Source: Takakia lepidozioides (lineage: Eukaryota > Plantae > Bryophyta). Taken from it: a DNA stretch of 64,000 nt. The notes under the pieces were generated by a model. It was not told the origin of the DNA. It worked only from the letters and a program-made list of their open reading frames with translations, and ran no database searches. This document shows positions 24,396 to 37,524 of this stretch, in pieces (the first letter of the stretch is position 1; each line of letters opens with the position of its first letter). The stretch spans positions 37,138,001 through 37,202,000 of the forward strand of contig CM060732.1 in assembly GCA_030704615.1 (NCBI GenBank). Reading direction: 5' to 3'. The position numbers and the translations under genes were made by a program.

Positions 24396-25184
24396 TCTAG
24401 ACAAACAAAAAGGCTTTGTTTGAAACAGCTGAAGGAAAGCTTGTAGGGCACAGAGCATGAAGGTATGGTTGGCACAGAATAGAACAAGTAAGTGCGTGTA
24501 AGCCTGTGGGGCTTGCAAGTATCGAGTGAGAGAAAATGTACTCTCAATGCTTCCGTCCTTGCGCCACTGCGTGAGAAGTAAAGCGAGTGTGTAATCCGTT
24601 ACATCTGCCATAGCTACAAAACTAGTGCTTTGATTGCCCCTGTCGTCGAGACCTTGGCTATTTAGAGCCACCCCGACTCTTCCGCTCATAACACTTCATA
24701 TTTCTTGTTCTTGTTTCTTGGAGGGAACCACCTGCATATAATTCGCACTCCTGATTGGCTGTGGACTGCTTAGGTAATTTCTTAATTCCACCCCCCTCCA
24801 TGGACATTCCCACCTGGAATGTCCAGTAGGACAGCACATGTGGCATAGGTTTCCCTTTTTTGTACTCGGAAAGGGTTCCATTACCCTTACACTGAATGCA
24901 TTAATGGGCCCACAATTAATATTAGCTGTTGTACCGGGTAAGTACTTTGACGGCCCGATTTGTCCGTTTGCATGATGAGATTTTTTTTTGCAATTGATGC
25001 AGTGCGGTGTGGCACGCCTTAGTGGCCACGTGTCCGTTTCAAAACAAGCCCCCGACTTCCCCTCTCCGCGTGGCATATTCTCCAAGTTTGACTTCCAAAC
25101 TTCCTCTTCACTCGATGGCCATTTTTTAAACGTTAATTTGCGTCCACCTGTCACTGACCCTATGGACTGTGTAATCTGTATGGG

Positions 25185-25365
25185 CTGTGTTGGGCTGTGA
25201 CAGGCTGTGTGGCACTGTGGTGGGCTGTGATAGGCTGTGTCTCGCTGTGATGGGCTGTAATAGGCTGTGTCTCGCTGTGATGGGATGTGATAGGCTGTGT
25301 CACGCTGTGATGGGCTGTGATAGGCTGTGTCATGCTGTGATGGGCTGTGATAGGCTGTGTCACGC
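25185..25365 (-). repeat. 30-bp tandem repeat (about 6 copies) downstream of integrase
   Basis: ggctgtgataggctgtgtcacgctgtgatg units, translating as DTAYHSPSQR. Confidence 0.9.
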
Positions 25366-25589
25366 TTATATTTCCTGCCTTGGTCATACACGCTCGGCTT
25401 AACGACAAGTGCTCCATACTCCGTTGGTATCACTGGCGCAGCCCGTGACTGCTTTTGCGTTTCAACATGCAAATCGTGCTGCAATGGTTTGTCATGGATA
25501 CCACTGTACCCCTTCAACTTATTGGCATTGACTCTTCCCAGCATCTCTTTGTTAATGGTTTGTAAGATGGCGGTGTTGTTATCATACAT

Positions 25590-28500
25590 CTTCTGTATGA
25601 CATAAGGTCATTTCCATGGTGATTTAAGCTTAGAAGCTTTAATCTTCCCCTTCTTCTGCAACCAGAGAACCAAATCTCTCGTCTTAAAAGTCTTTAATTT
25701 GCCTTCATCAAACTGTTCCTTCCTCTTCATCTGAATTCTGGTCATGTTATCAGCTGCATCAGCACGTACTTCTTCCACATGGTATAATTCATGTTTCTGA
25801 TCTTAATTGAATCTTCCAATTCCATTCTTTTTCCCCATTCAGTTCTCATGGTAGGTAACAAGAATTCCACTGGAAGTAAAGCTTCCATACCATAAACTAA
25901 TTGGAATGGTGTATACTTAGTGGTGACTTTATATGAAGTCCTGTATGACCACAAAGCTGTCAGCAGCTTTGTATCCCAATCCGTTCTGTTTGCATTGACT
26001 ATCTTAGCCAAGATAGTACATAGTATTTTGTTGGTAGCCTCTGCCTGCCCATTACCCTGTGGGTAATATGTTGTACTCTTCCTATGCACAATCATGAACT
26101 CTTTAGTCAATAATTCAATGGTCTCATTAATGAAGTGACTTCCCTGGTCACTAATAAATTCCAGGGGACAGCCAAATCGTGTAAGTATGTTCTCATACAG
26201 GAACTTTGCTGTGGACTTGACTGTGTTGTCCCTCAGAGCTTTAGCTTCCACCCACTTTGTAGTATAATCAGTGGTTGTAATTATGTACTTATTCTGTGTA
26301 TTCTTGGCTGGTGGGTTAATTGGTCCAACAAAATCTAATCCCCATTTCTGAAATGGTTCAGTAGGCATCGTAGGATGCAAAGCCATCTTCCCAGATCTTT
26401 GCAAAGGTCCTAGCCTCTGACATTCATCACAACTCTGACAATACTTGTGTACATCTTTGAACAAAGTAGGCCACCAGTAACCTGCAAGTAGTATCTTCCT
26501 ACTGGTAGTCTCTTCTCCAAAATGACCTCCAGCCACTCCTTTATGAACTTCCTCCAAAACTTTATTTACTTCATGGTGGTACAAGCATCGTTTAAGTACT
26601 CCATCAGGTCCTAGCTTATACATTCTGCCCCCTACCATAGTATAAGGTAAAGCCTTGATAGCGATTCTCTTCCTCTGCTCCTTACCATAACTAGGTGGGC
26701 ACTGACCATGAGTAAGGTAGTATCTGATTGGCCACTGCCAATCTAACCATTCATCTGCACTTCCCTGCACCTCCATTGCAAATAAACTCGCATCAGGTAA
26801 TTTGTCGTCTACTCCTGTGGCGGGCTCTCCTGTTGTTAGGCGTGACAAATGATCTGCCACAAGATGCAAACGGCCAGACTGGTAAACAACTTCGAACTCA
26901 AACTCGTGCAAGATTATTAACCACCTTGCTATCATTCCACTTATCAAAGGTTTGTTCACCAGATATATCAGAGCCTGGTGATCCACATAAAACATAAACT
27001 TTCTTCCCAATAGGTAATGCCTGAATTTCTTGACTGCATAAATCATTGCCAGTGCTTCTCTTTCAGTTGTGCTATAGTTCCTTTCAGCACTGTTCATCAA
27101 CCTGCTAGCATAGTACACAGGTGAATCTATATTTCCTGTAACATTTTGGGCTAACACCGCTCCCAACGCTTCTCCTGAGGCATCATAGTGAACATGAAAT
27201 ACTACATGCCAGTGAGGGTTAATCAGCACAGGTGTAGTTGTTACTGACAATGTAAGTTCCTCAAAAGCCTGTTGACATTCAGCTGTCCATGCAAACACTG
27301 CATCTTTCTTCAGAAGCTTGCTCAATGGTGCTGCTATCTGTGCATACGTTTTGACAAATCTTCTGTTATAACTGGTTTGTCCAAGGAATCTCCTTAGACT
27401 CTTAACATTTACTGGTGGTGGAGAGGCTTTAATGGCCTCTGTCTTCCTGGGATCCACAAGAAGTCCCCTCTTACACACAATGTGTCCCAAAAGCACCCCT
27501 GAGTTCACACAAAAAGTACACTTCTCTGGATTCAGGCCCAGACCTCTCATCCTGCATCTGGCCAAACATAACTCCAATTTATGCAAGTGCTCATTCTTAG
27601 AGCTGTACACACTGAAATCATCCAAGAACACCTGCATGAAATCATCCAGATACTCATGAAAAGATTCACTTATTACTCTCTGAAAGGTTGCTGGTACATT
27701 ACAAAGTCCAAAATGCATGACTTTGTATGCATAAGCACCCCAGTATGTGATGAAAGCTGTCTTTCCCTGGTCTTCTTCTGCCACTTGCACTTGATTATAA
27801 CCACTGAAGCCATCCATGAATGAGTACATCTCATGGCCTGCCACAGTGTCCAATACCGCTTCTGTGAATGGCAAGGGAAAATGATCTTTCTTCGTGCAAG
27901 CATTCAACTTCTTATAGCTCACACAAACTCTCAGTTTACCATTCTTCTTGGGAACTATCACAATGGGTGACAACCAAGTTGTATACTCTATCGGGTATAT
28001 AAACTTAGCCTCAGCCAACTTCTTGATCTCTTCTCCAACCTTTTGTGCATAGTTAGGATTCATTCTGTACCTTGCCTGTTTGATTGGTACTGACCCTGGT
28101 TCCAGTTCAATCTTATGCTGACAGATCTCAGGTGGTATCCCTTTTAGATCCTCGTAGCTCCAAGCAAATACATCTCTGTATTTGATGAACAAACTCTTAG
28201 CTTCCTCAAAGAATTTTGGCTCCAAATCAGCCCCTATCTTCACCATCCTCGGTTCATCTTCAGTTCCCACATTCACTTCTCTCACCTGCTCATCAGCTGT
28301 GATTGTCCATCCAGTCACCACTTCATCCTGTAAACTCACAGTGGCTGGTTCCTCTAGGATTTCCATTTCTCCCTCTCTTTCTTCATAGAAATGTGGTGGG
28401 TAACTGTTTGTTTCACCTTCAATTGGTGTTGCTGTCACTACACCACAACAGATACCTTTTAAACAACTTAGGCCTTCCAGCTGCATCTCTGCAACCTGCT

Positions 28501-28759
28501 CCCACTCTGGGTGTGCAGTGAACAGGGTAGCTTCCTGCTCCTCATCAAGTCCTCCCCTCCAGTCATACTCCCTGACCCCTCGAGGTCTTCTCGTAGCAGG
28601 TAATCTACTAGATTTCTTAGTGGTAATTTGTATCTTGTGCATCCCATCATGCACAGTTAGTAGCTGGGAATTCCAGTCATGGAATACCCTGGCTTGCTTC
28701 AGCCACGGACGTCCCAACAATAAGGAGTAAGCTTCCATGACTTCATCCATTTTCAACAC
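25590..28759 (-). pseudogene. pol: pol (RT, RNase H, integrase) of family B
   Basis: RT FMDGFSGYNQ and VFLDD; RNase H DAS...NYSTTEREALA...DHQAL; integrase H-H-C-C, WGLDFVGP, SDQG, QGNGQAE; frameshifts at both ends. Confidence 0.95.
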
Positions 28760-28761
28760 AG

Positions 28762-31499
28762 TTACTTGATCATAAAGATCATCTTTTGAATCTGTATCTT
28801 AACTCCTCTTATCAATCCCAATGGTTGTACACTTCTTTGATCTGCCATTGTTACTGTAAATGGGGCTGGTTTCATGTTACTTAGACCAAGCTTCTGCCTT
28901 AATTGGGTTGTCATGATATTCACTCCTGAGCCTCCATCTATCAGTACATCAGTTAGTTCTGTGCTTCCAATTCTCAATTGGATTACTGGCATAGAATCAT
29001 CAAAGTCCATGACTGTTTCTCGCCCTTCCGGCTTCACATTATAACTGGTCACCTTGCTGTTCAGGTCTGTGTTCCCTGTCACATGGGCAATTCGATTGAT
29101 TGCTTGATACAGCCTGTGTCTACAATAAGGTGCCACAGCCAATAGCTGTCCAATGGTAATCTCCGCTTTGGACTGGCATATTACTTCAGCCAAAGTCCCT
29201 TCATTACTCTGCATGTCTGCAGCTTCTTTCTTCCCTTCATCCTCACTCACTTCCTCTTCTCTATCAGAATCAGAGGAATCTGCCATAGGAATATCAGTAC
29301 TCTTCTGCATTTCCCTTATGGTATCTGCCACTTCCTTGTGCAGTTCCTTCTCATCTCTCCAAGCCTCATCATCTTCAGGCACATCACTGCCATCTTCATT
29401 ATCATCATCTTCCTCATCTACTGGAGGTATTAGTTTGGCTTTGCTTCTCGTTACTATCATTGTACTTACTTCTGGTACAACACATGGCCTAACCATGTGA
29501 GCTGCCACCACTGGCCCCTCATTCACAGGAGCTCTCATCTCATTCTGGTGTCTGATCCATAATGGACAGGCTGCCTTGCGATGGCCTGCCTGATTACAAT
29601 AGTAACACAGTTCTTCCCCATTAGGTCCTCGCCCTTGGTCTTTTCTGGAATTGTTTCTGTAATCCTGATTCCCTGGCTGGTAATTCCTCCTTGGATTACC
29701 CTGATAGTTGCCTCTGGAATTTCCTTGGTAATTCCCTCTTGGATTACCTCTCCCTTCCATGCCATTGTTATAACCACCAGGCCTACCATAGTGGTCCTGA
29801 TCACTGTTTCTTCTTGGCTGGGGCTGCACTTGATGCACCCTTACTTGCCTAGGTTCTCTAGCTGCTGTCCTTCTGTTGTAGTAACAATTCTCAGTAGAAT
29901 GGTTATCCATTTTACAGATAGTACAGTGTTTCTCCTTCATGTGGCATTCAGTGGTGGTATGGCCTTCATTCTGACACTTTGCACACCAAACACCCTCCAA
30001 TGTGTTGCAGCCTCTGTGGCATACTTCTTCAAGATTTCTTCTAATCTTTTCTCATAGTTATCCCTCTTCAACTTCTCCTTCCTCTTACTCTTCCTTTTCA
30101 GCTCTTGCTCTTCTTCCTCATCTGACTCATCCTCAGAGTCCTCATCATCCCTTTTCTCTCTCCTGAGCATTCCCAATTGCTCAATTCTGTTCGTTGTTTC
30201 AAATGCCTCCTCCACTGTATTATGGGGTAACATATCCACTTTCTTTTGCAACTCTGGTCTTAGTCCACTCACAAACCAAGTCTTCTGTAAACCTGGTGCT
30301 GGTACAGCAGCCAGCTTTTTCATCATCAATTCCATCTTTTCCATATACTCCTCAACAGTTTCATGCTTCTTTTGCTTTAACTGTTGTAAACTTCCATACA
30401 CTTCATCCTCAGTTTTACTTGTCCTGAACCTATTTTGGAATGTTGTATTCAAGCCATTCCAAGTTAGGAAATGATTATCAGGGAATCTTGCATACCATTC
30501 ACTTGCTTTCTTGATAAGTGAACAAGGAAACAGTCTCATCTTGGCATCATCGCCATTCTCATTGTTCACAATACACATGTGCTCAAATTGGCTAATGTGT
30601 ACATCAGGATCCCCTTTTCCTGAATATATTGGAAAAGGTGGTTTTTCCCGTGTTGGTTGTAACGCCATCTGTGGCCCTACCTTCTGCCCACTGACAGATG
30701 CTGGCCCCCTTGCTGGTGCTGGTCCTTGAGGACCTGTTGTAGTTGTGGTGGAATTTCCACCAAGTGGTGACCCCTGAGCACTCCCTGCTACTGGCCCCAC
30801 TATATTCACAGTATTCCCAGCTCTAGTTGCACTACTTCCCACACTCCCTGTCCCCCCAGAGCCTGATCCAGGCTGCCCGCTTGATCCCCCTGAGCCGACA
30901 CCTTCGTTGGCCTGTGATCCAAGTGCTCCACTTGATCCAGGTCCAACGGGTTGGGATGTCCTGGTTGTAGTTTCAACCTCAGCTGTTGGGTCTACTTCTT
31001 CATACTCTTCCTCTTCCAATTTCTTCTCTCTGTTTTCATCCTCCAAGTTCTGTCCTTGGGTTTCTTCTTCACTCATGTAACTCAACTGCAATGGTGTTGG
31101 AGAGTCTGAACTCTCCGTTGGCTCTGCCACATCCTCTCCTCCTTCTTCATCTTCCGTTTCAGAAACTGGAGTTCCTGCTTTTAGTGTTCCATGCCAACTC
31201 TTATCAAAGATTTCTGTCAAATCTTTTATCCAGGGATGTACCTCAGATCTTTCACCTCGTGGTTGATCTTCTTCCAGTACCAATTCCCTTAATCTTTCTT
31301 GCAAAGAAAAAGAAGGAGTGGCATCCAACTCTAGTTCTTCCGGTATGGGTGATGTACTCTCTGATCTTAATGGTGTGAGAGGTCCAGATGATTCCCCTAT
31401 GTCTATTCCTCTCTCCCAAAGATATGGATAATTAGCTTTCAGATAACTTTCTCTTTTTGCTGAATATCTCTGGAGTCTAGCTTCTCTTTCATCACTCAT
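28762..31499 (-). pseudogene. gag: gag + protease of family B, frameshift near 30000
   Basis: YSGKGDPDVHISQF...QKKHETVEEY; three CCHC knuckles; protease motif LIDGGS. Confidence 0.92.
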
Positions 31500-31519
31500 G
31501 TCCCATGTCTTTCATTTCT

Positions 31520-32085
31520 TTAATGTGGCAATAACCAAAACTCTCTTCTGTAATATCTCTCGTATATGCCTGGGTTTCTTTCAAGCTTCCATGCACCCTT
31601 GGCTATACTAGAAGTCTCCGTTACCATATAACCATATGGCAAACAAGTCTGGAAAGCTGTTCTTGGTGTGAGTTTGATCCACAGAATATCCTTTGGAATC
31701 CAATTCTTTACCAGTACAAGCTCTTCATGCATATGAGTATAAACATTCACCTTCCTTTCCTCCCAGCCTTCAAACTCTACTCGCTTAATGGATAGCAATG
31801 CTATCACATAAACCAGTGTTGGTAACCAACGTGCTCTTCCTCTACAGGCCACCTGATAAATCTTTATCACCCCTTTCTCCAGACCCCACTCAGGGTCAGC
31901 ATCATGCACTCTCTTAAGAGTGTTTTCTTTACAACCGTCTGGCAATTCCAAGAACCTCTGAAAGAATTGTTTGGACAATCTTTCCTTCTCAGTTTCACAG
32001 GGAATTTGATTCACATCAAATTCTTTAATTCTCCAACCACCATGATCCCACCAGATGCCTGTCACATCTAGCTGTTCATGACCCA
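31520..32085 (-). CDS. Open frame between PBS and gag (5' extra ORF or frameshifted gag leader)
   Basis: About 190 stop-free codons ending 20 nt before the gag ATG, out of frame with gag. Confidence 0.4.
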
Positions 32086-32087
32086 GT

Positions 32088-32105
32088 TCCCCAGTATGGT
32101 CGCCA
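32088..32105 (-). promoter_or_regulatory. Primer binding site, tRNA-Arg-like
   Basis: TGGCGACCATACTGGGGA, 2 nt after the LTR end; resembles the Tat/Ogre-type TGGCGACTCC(A/G)CTGGGGA. Confidence 0.75.
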
Positions 32106-32107
32106 AA

Positions 32108-33149
32108 TGTCGGACGGCTTTTACTCACCCATCCCTTCGCTATCCGAGGTGGAAACTCCAAGATAGAAGAGTTGGATATCTCTAAGCACTCAGCCTGCCC
32201 AGAACAATCAGTCATGACTTGCAGCTAGTGAATCATGGTTGTGCTTCCTATTTGTATTCCTTCTTGCGTTCATGTTATCAATTTACCCTTTCGTGTATAC
32301 TGAAGCATCAGATTGCTTCAGTATCTACTAAGTTCCAATTAATCATGCATTCATTCCACAGCTTCACTCATGTCTCTCTACACAGTGTGATTGTATCGAA
32401 TAAGTATCAGATTGTGATTTATCAGGTATCAGGCCAATGCCATGGTGACTCTAATCTGCCCTACAGTATCACTACAGCTTTGCATGTACACGCATCTACT
32501 GTTCATCTCCCGTTCTTGCTCTCCGCCTGATCTCCTCTCATGCATGACCAAGAACCCCTTCCCGTGAAGTGCCCCCTTCCTGTTGCCGCTCTCCTTAATC
32601 TATCCCCAAGCTGTTCTAACCACCTAACTAACTAACCGTCACCCTGAAATAACACGTTCCCCCTGCAGATGTCGTTCCCTGTCAATGATAACTGTTCCCC
32701 ATATACTGTGACAGGCTGTGTCAAGCTATGCCGAGCTGTGACTGGCTGTGTAAAGTTGTGTCAGGTTGTGACTGGCTGTGTCGGGCTGTGTCGGGCTGTG
32801 ACTGGCTGTGACGGGCTGTGTCGGGCTGTGCGAAGCTGTGGCGGCTGTGATTGGCTGTGACGGGCTGTGTCGGGCTGTGCAAAGCTGTGGCGGCTGTGAC
32901 TGGCTGTGACGGGCTGTGTCGGGCTGTGCGAAGCTGTGGCGGCTGTGACTGGCTGTGACGGGCTGTGTGAAGCTGTGCGAAACTGTGGCGGGCTGTGATT
33001 GGCTGTGTGAAGTTGTGTCGGGCTGTGTAACCCCCCTAAAGCCTGCTGCTGCCACCCCTAAGGCTCCTGTTGGTCTCAGTCTACGCAAAAATTAAGGGTA
33101 CCCCACATAACCCGTAAAAGCGTCTAAGTCCCCAAGCAGCCCTCTAACA
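32108..33149 (-). repeat. 5' LTR of family B (1042 bp) with CACAGC minisatellite (32707-33030)
   Basis: TGT...ACA termini followed by the PBS; the first part matches 20198-20453. Confidence 0.88.
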
Positions 33150-34607
33150 GGTCGGAATTTCTCTGTATTATTCACGATAAGATGGACCATTCAAAAACTA
33201 CGTTGCCAAGGTTATAGATAACAAAACAAGATGATATCTGGTCTAGGGCAACTGCCGATATCACTGACAAACATGGTGACCCACGGACATGGTGATGGTG
33301 CCTATGCTCAGTTCTCCAACGAATTCTGGTCGAATGATCCCAACTTTACGATCGGCTCGTTGGCTCGTTATCTTCGACAACTTGAGAAAGTACCTTGCCG
33401 TGAAACATGAATTTTTTTCGATTCACCGATGCAAAACTCCTTTTCTGAAACACTGATGAGGGGAAAATCGAGGTGTGAAAGAGCTCTCAAGCCCTTTACT
33501 GTTGAAGGGCAAGATGGACCAAACCCACCACCACGTGGACCAAAGCCACTACCACGTCGACTCTATCTACGAATGGACAAATGTGTAAATGACAACAAGA
33601 ATCAATGGATGTTGGCATTTTTGTCGCTTCTTACATTGATAGGGGTTTTTGAAGAGATCCAACTTGGATTCTTGATGGTAGGTCATACCCATGAGGACAT
33701 TGATGCATACTTTAGTTATCTCTCAAAGAAGCTGAAACAGAAAAATACCTATATCATGGCAGATCTCATGCGTCTATTTATGGAGTCTCAAAAGCTCTAA
33801 TTCATTCCTCAGTTGGTACAAGAGGTTCCAGATTTCAAGAAGTATGTGGACGGGTATATAATTGACGGGAATGACCGGCTGATCGAACAGACAGACATGC
33901 ATATTTTTCGATTTTATGTTGATGGTGAGGGATGGCCAGTGATGAAATACAAGAAATCGGGTACGACGCCGACTGGCTTCCAAAAGAGGGTGCTGTGAGA
34001 ATGTGGAAGGTGGCGGAGGACGGGAGGTCTCCCCTTCTCCCAAAGGGGAACCCAAACCTTGTTCCGCTTAAGCCTATTTGGGAAGGTAAGAGTGAAGGGG
34101 AGTCTCGTGAGAAAAATGTCCAGATTCTGAATGGTATATCTAAGTATCGTGAATTTTGGAAACGTGGAATGGAGCTGGAGAGCAACTATGGAGCCATCAT
34201 GAAGAACTTTGATGAATACTGGAAGGATATTCTAGTGGAACTTGACAAACCTTTGCCACCTCCCCAATGACAAGCTTCACGAAGGGTTCTCTCCTTCGAC
34301 CTGTTGGAAGGAAAATCATGAAAGAGATGGGATTAGGGTTGAAAATGATGAAGAGGTGGAAGAGGAAGAGGATGTGAATCAGATGGATCCATATTGTGGA
34401 CCAAGGAGCCAAAAGCCTAAAGAGCCAATGAACCCCTTCAAGGACGTTGAGGTTGGAAATTTCGTTCTTGTTCAGCCAGCAGACACTGAGACATATCCAG
34501 TCTGGATGGGTGTGGCAATTTTAGAGGTCGTTCGGGACAAGTCGAGTCCTCAGTATCGCAAAGTCCATGTGGAGTGGTGGAGACTCAAAGGTTCACTCAA
34601 CCAGTAA
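33150..34607 (+). pseudogene. C-terminal part of a Sola-like (GHTHEDID-type) DNA transposase, cut by LTR B
   Basis: CIIHDKMDHSKT...LYLRMDKCVNDNKN...FLMVGHTHEDIDAYFS; stops and frameshifts. Confidence 0.75.
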
Positions 34608-34624
34608 CTTACATAAATTCAACC

Positions 34625-35530
34625 TGAAAATTTAGGGCCGATTTTGATAAGAGGGGAAAACAGGGTGAAATGTGTTGATGAAGATTGCATTCATTAGCAG
34701 TGCCTAATTTATCAATTGTGTCACTGCTGCTGCGGCTTCCAGTTCACCATCTACCCATGCAGGTTTCTTGTAGCAATAGATCCACAGGGAATCATAGGTA
34801 ATCTTGTGCTTGAAATCCGGCCCTCTTCCAGCAACACACCCCAACCCTAATGATGAGAGGGCAAAACAAACTGAAATAGGTTGAAGAAAAGGTGCCCTCA
34901 CCAATTTAGGGCCGATTCTGATAAGAGGAGAAAACAGGGTGAAATGTGTTGAAGAATGTGCCTTGAGTAGCAGTGCCCGATTTTATCAATTGTGCCGCTG
35001 CTGCGATTTCCACAGCTGAACGGGCAGAGATTGAAACGCGGCCTGCTAAGACCAAGCTGACTCTCCCAAGAACCTTGTAAACATTAGGAAGAGTACCAAA
35101 TCATAACAGGAGCCAAGAGCCCACATTTGCAGGATGGACTAACTTAGAAATTTACATGGTACATTAAAAAGCCACACCTTGTGATTGCGGTTGTCTCACC
35201 ATCATGAAGAAATTCAGGCCCGAGTCTGATGAGAGGTCAAAACAGGCTAAAATAGGTCAAAGAAGAAGGTGCCCTCACCACATTATCCTCGACCTTGTGT
35301 CATGACCCATGGAGGATTTGACTGACCATGAACACAATAGGACCTCTTGTGTGTGTTGCTTGTGTCTGTAGTCAGGTAATGTCATATTGGTCTGTGAGAA
35401 CCACCACGGTGCAGCTGAGCGGGCGTCGATTGAAACACGGACTGCTAAGACCAAGCTGTCTCTCCCAAGAACCTTGTAAACATTAGGTAGAATACCAAAT
35501 CATGGTACTAACAGGAGCCAAGAACCCATT
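34625..35530 (-). pseudogene. Inverted remnants of the OSB PDF-motif gene/repeat
   Basis: GPDFKHKITYDSLWIYCYKKPAWVDGEL within ORF 34704-34904, plus partial 443-bp units with an intact ctcacag acceptor. Confidence 0.8.
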
Positions 35531-36299
35531 GCGGTTGTGGTGTAGGTTGCACTTCGCCCCTTCCTGCATCAGTAGCTCAAGAATAGGTCTACAAAGCCTC
35601 CATCCCACGCCCCTATCTTGCGATCATCGCGTTCCATGACCCAACACAACAACTCGATACTAAGAAACTGCGCAGGAGGAAAAAAAAAAAAAAAAACCTA
35701 AGTCCCAGCCCTCTCATGCGCAACCCTATAAGCAATTTTTTAAACCTTTTAAACCTTTTGACTACCAGGCTTGGACTAGAAGTCATTCTGGCGACTATTT
35801 GGTGGTGAGCTCGCACTGGTCAACCATCATTGACCAACCATCCGTTTAGTGCGGAGCCATGCAGTCATGACGACGTCTATCAAAGTAGTCGCCCAGAGGA
35901 CTACGTAGTCACGTAGTCATTTCAACGACTACGTGAAGCCCCATTTGGTCCAAAAATACAGGGAAGTCATGGTCAAAGTCAGAAAAACCATGACTACCAC
36001 GGCTTGGCAGTCAGATATACCTCGATCTGTTGTAGTGAGATCCAACGGCTCGGACAAACCAACAAACAAAAAAAACAAAAAAAATATACTCAACCCCGCG
36101 TCCGTTGGATCTTCAAAATCCAACAGCTGCAGCGCCACGCAGGGCAGCCACCCCGTGATCAACCAACAGCCCAAAAAAAAGCACACATTTAAATTTGGGA
36201 GGGTGGCGGCGGCGGCGGTTAGGGTTACGGAGGGGGGCAAAGTGGCGGCTCCGTTAGGGAAACCTCCCTGGCTCGCTCCACCGAAATCTGCAAAAAGAA

Positions 36300-36900
36300 A
36301 AAACATCCTTGGCGCCTCGCCCCGTGGCCTGGTGCTGCAAAATCGCCCGCGCGCGCACTACCCGCACGAGCCACATTACACACGAGCGGGAAGGCGCCAT
36401 ACACTGGCGTGGCCCCACGAGGCGAGGCGTGTCAACAGGCGCCGCCACCCACCAAAACAAAAACAAAAAAAAACCAATATTTGGCGCTTCGCCACGTAGC
36501 GCCGCCTGCCCGTCGTGTGGAACGTGGCAGGCCAGAGCTCGTGCGTGCGGGCTGTACCGCCTGGCTGCGTGGCCACGTGCCGAGCGTGCGGCCGCCACCA
36601 ACCCAACCCAAAAAATTAAAATTAAAATTAAAAAAATTAAAAAAAATGGCGCTTCGCCATGTGGCACCTGCCTGTGCGTGCGGAAGTGGCAGGCTAGGGC
36701 GTGCACGTGCGGGATGTACCACCTGGCCGTGTGGCGACGCGCCGAGAGTGCTGCCGAAATCCCCCCCAAAAAAAAAAAAAAAAAATGCGCCGCGCCACTT
36801 GACGCCTCCCCAGCGTGCGGAAACTGGCCACGCGGCTGTAGCGCCTGGCCAAGTGCGCCGAGCTTGCGGCCTGGCGCCGCCACAAAAAAAAAAACACAAA
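36300..36900. repeat. Degenerate ~165-bp GC/CpG-rich repeats separated by poly-A tracts
   Basis: tggcgcttcgcca(c/t)gt...gtggcaggc...tgtacc.cctgg at about 36482 and 36647, with weaker flanking copies. Confidence 0.65.
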
Positions 36901-37284
36901 CAAAAAACATATTAAAAAACATGGCGCACTTTAACATTTCAATTGCTTCCTATTACCTTGCTATTAATATATATTCTAGCGACGACCAAAGGTCGGAAGC
37001 TAGTTTAGCGTAGAGCAGGAATAGGGTGCCATAGTGCCACGTCATCATCGCCACATCATCGTAGACACGTCATCATCGTCGTCAATTTCTTTGGAATCTG
37101 CCTGGATGGCCCGCGAGAAATAGACCAATAGAAATCGCCGCGCCAACGTTTTTGGAACTGCCCGCAATGCCCAGATCTTGATCTTCTTGAACTGCAGAAG
37201 CTCTGCGTTTTCCGCCATCGTTCACCTTGCAAGCACAGGCATGGATAGCTGAAGGAGCAGGGATCGAGTGTGGGTCCAGATTCA

Positions 37285-37465
37285 TAGTTCGATCCGACAT
37301 TATCTGACTACAGACACAAGCAGCACACACAACAGGTTATTGTCAGGCTGTGTTTCAATCTCTGCCTCCTGTTAGTACCATGATTTGGTATTCTTCCTGA
37401 TGTTTACAAGGTTCTTGCGAGAGTCAGCTTGGTTTTGCCAGGCCGTGTTTCAATCTCTGCCTACT
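37285..37465 (+). repeat. Deleted copy of the PDF-motif repeat unit
   Basis: gatccgacattatctgactacagacacaagcagcacac...ctcctgttagtaccatgatttggtattcttcc. Confidence 0.8.
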
Positions 37466-37524
37466 TAGAGATCCACGCTGACCTTGTTAAAACCGGATTA
37501 GCGCTTACTGGAGTCTGCCCTTGC

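Larger units (their letters stand above)
20454..33149 (-). mobile_element. Ty3/gypsy non-chromovirus LTR retrotransposon, family B, 3' end missing (left boundary uncertain)
   Basis: LTR-PBS-gag-PR-RT-RH-INT order, no chromodomain seen, long 3' region with an extra ORF. Confidence 0.88.

Noticed and set aside
35929-37013. Multiple overlapping 125-234 aa ORFs
   Set aside because: GC-rich repeats with poly-A tracts suppress stop codons in all frames; no domain signal
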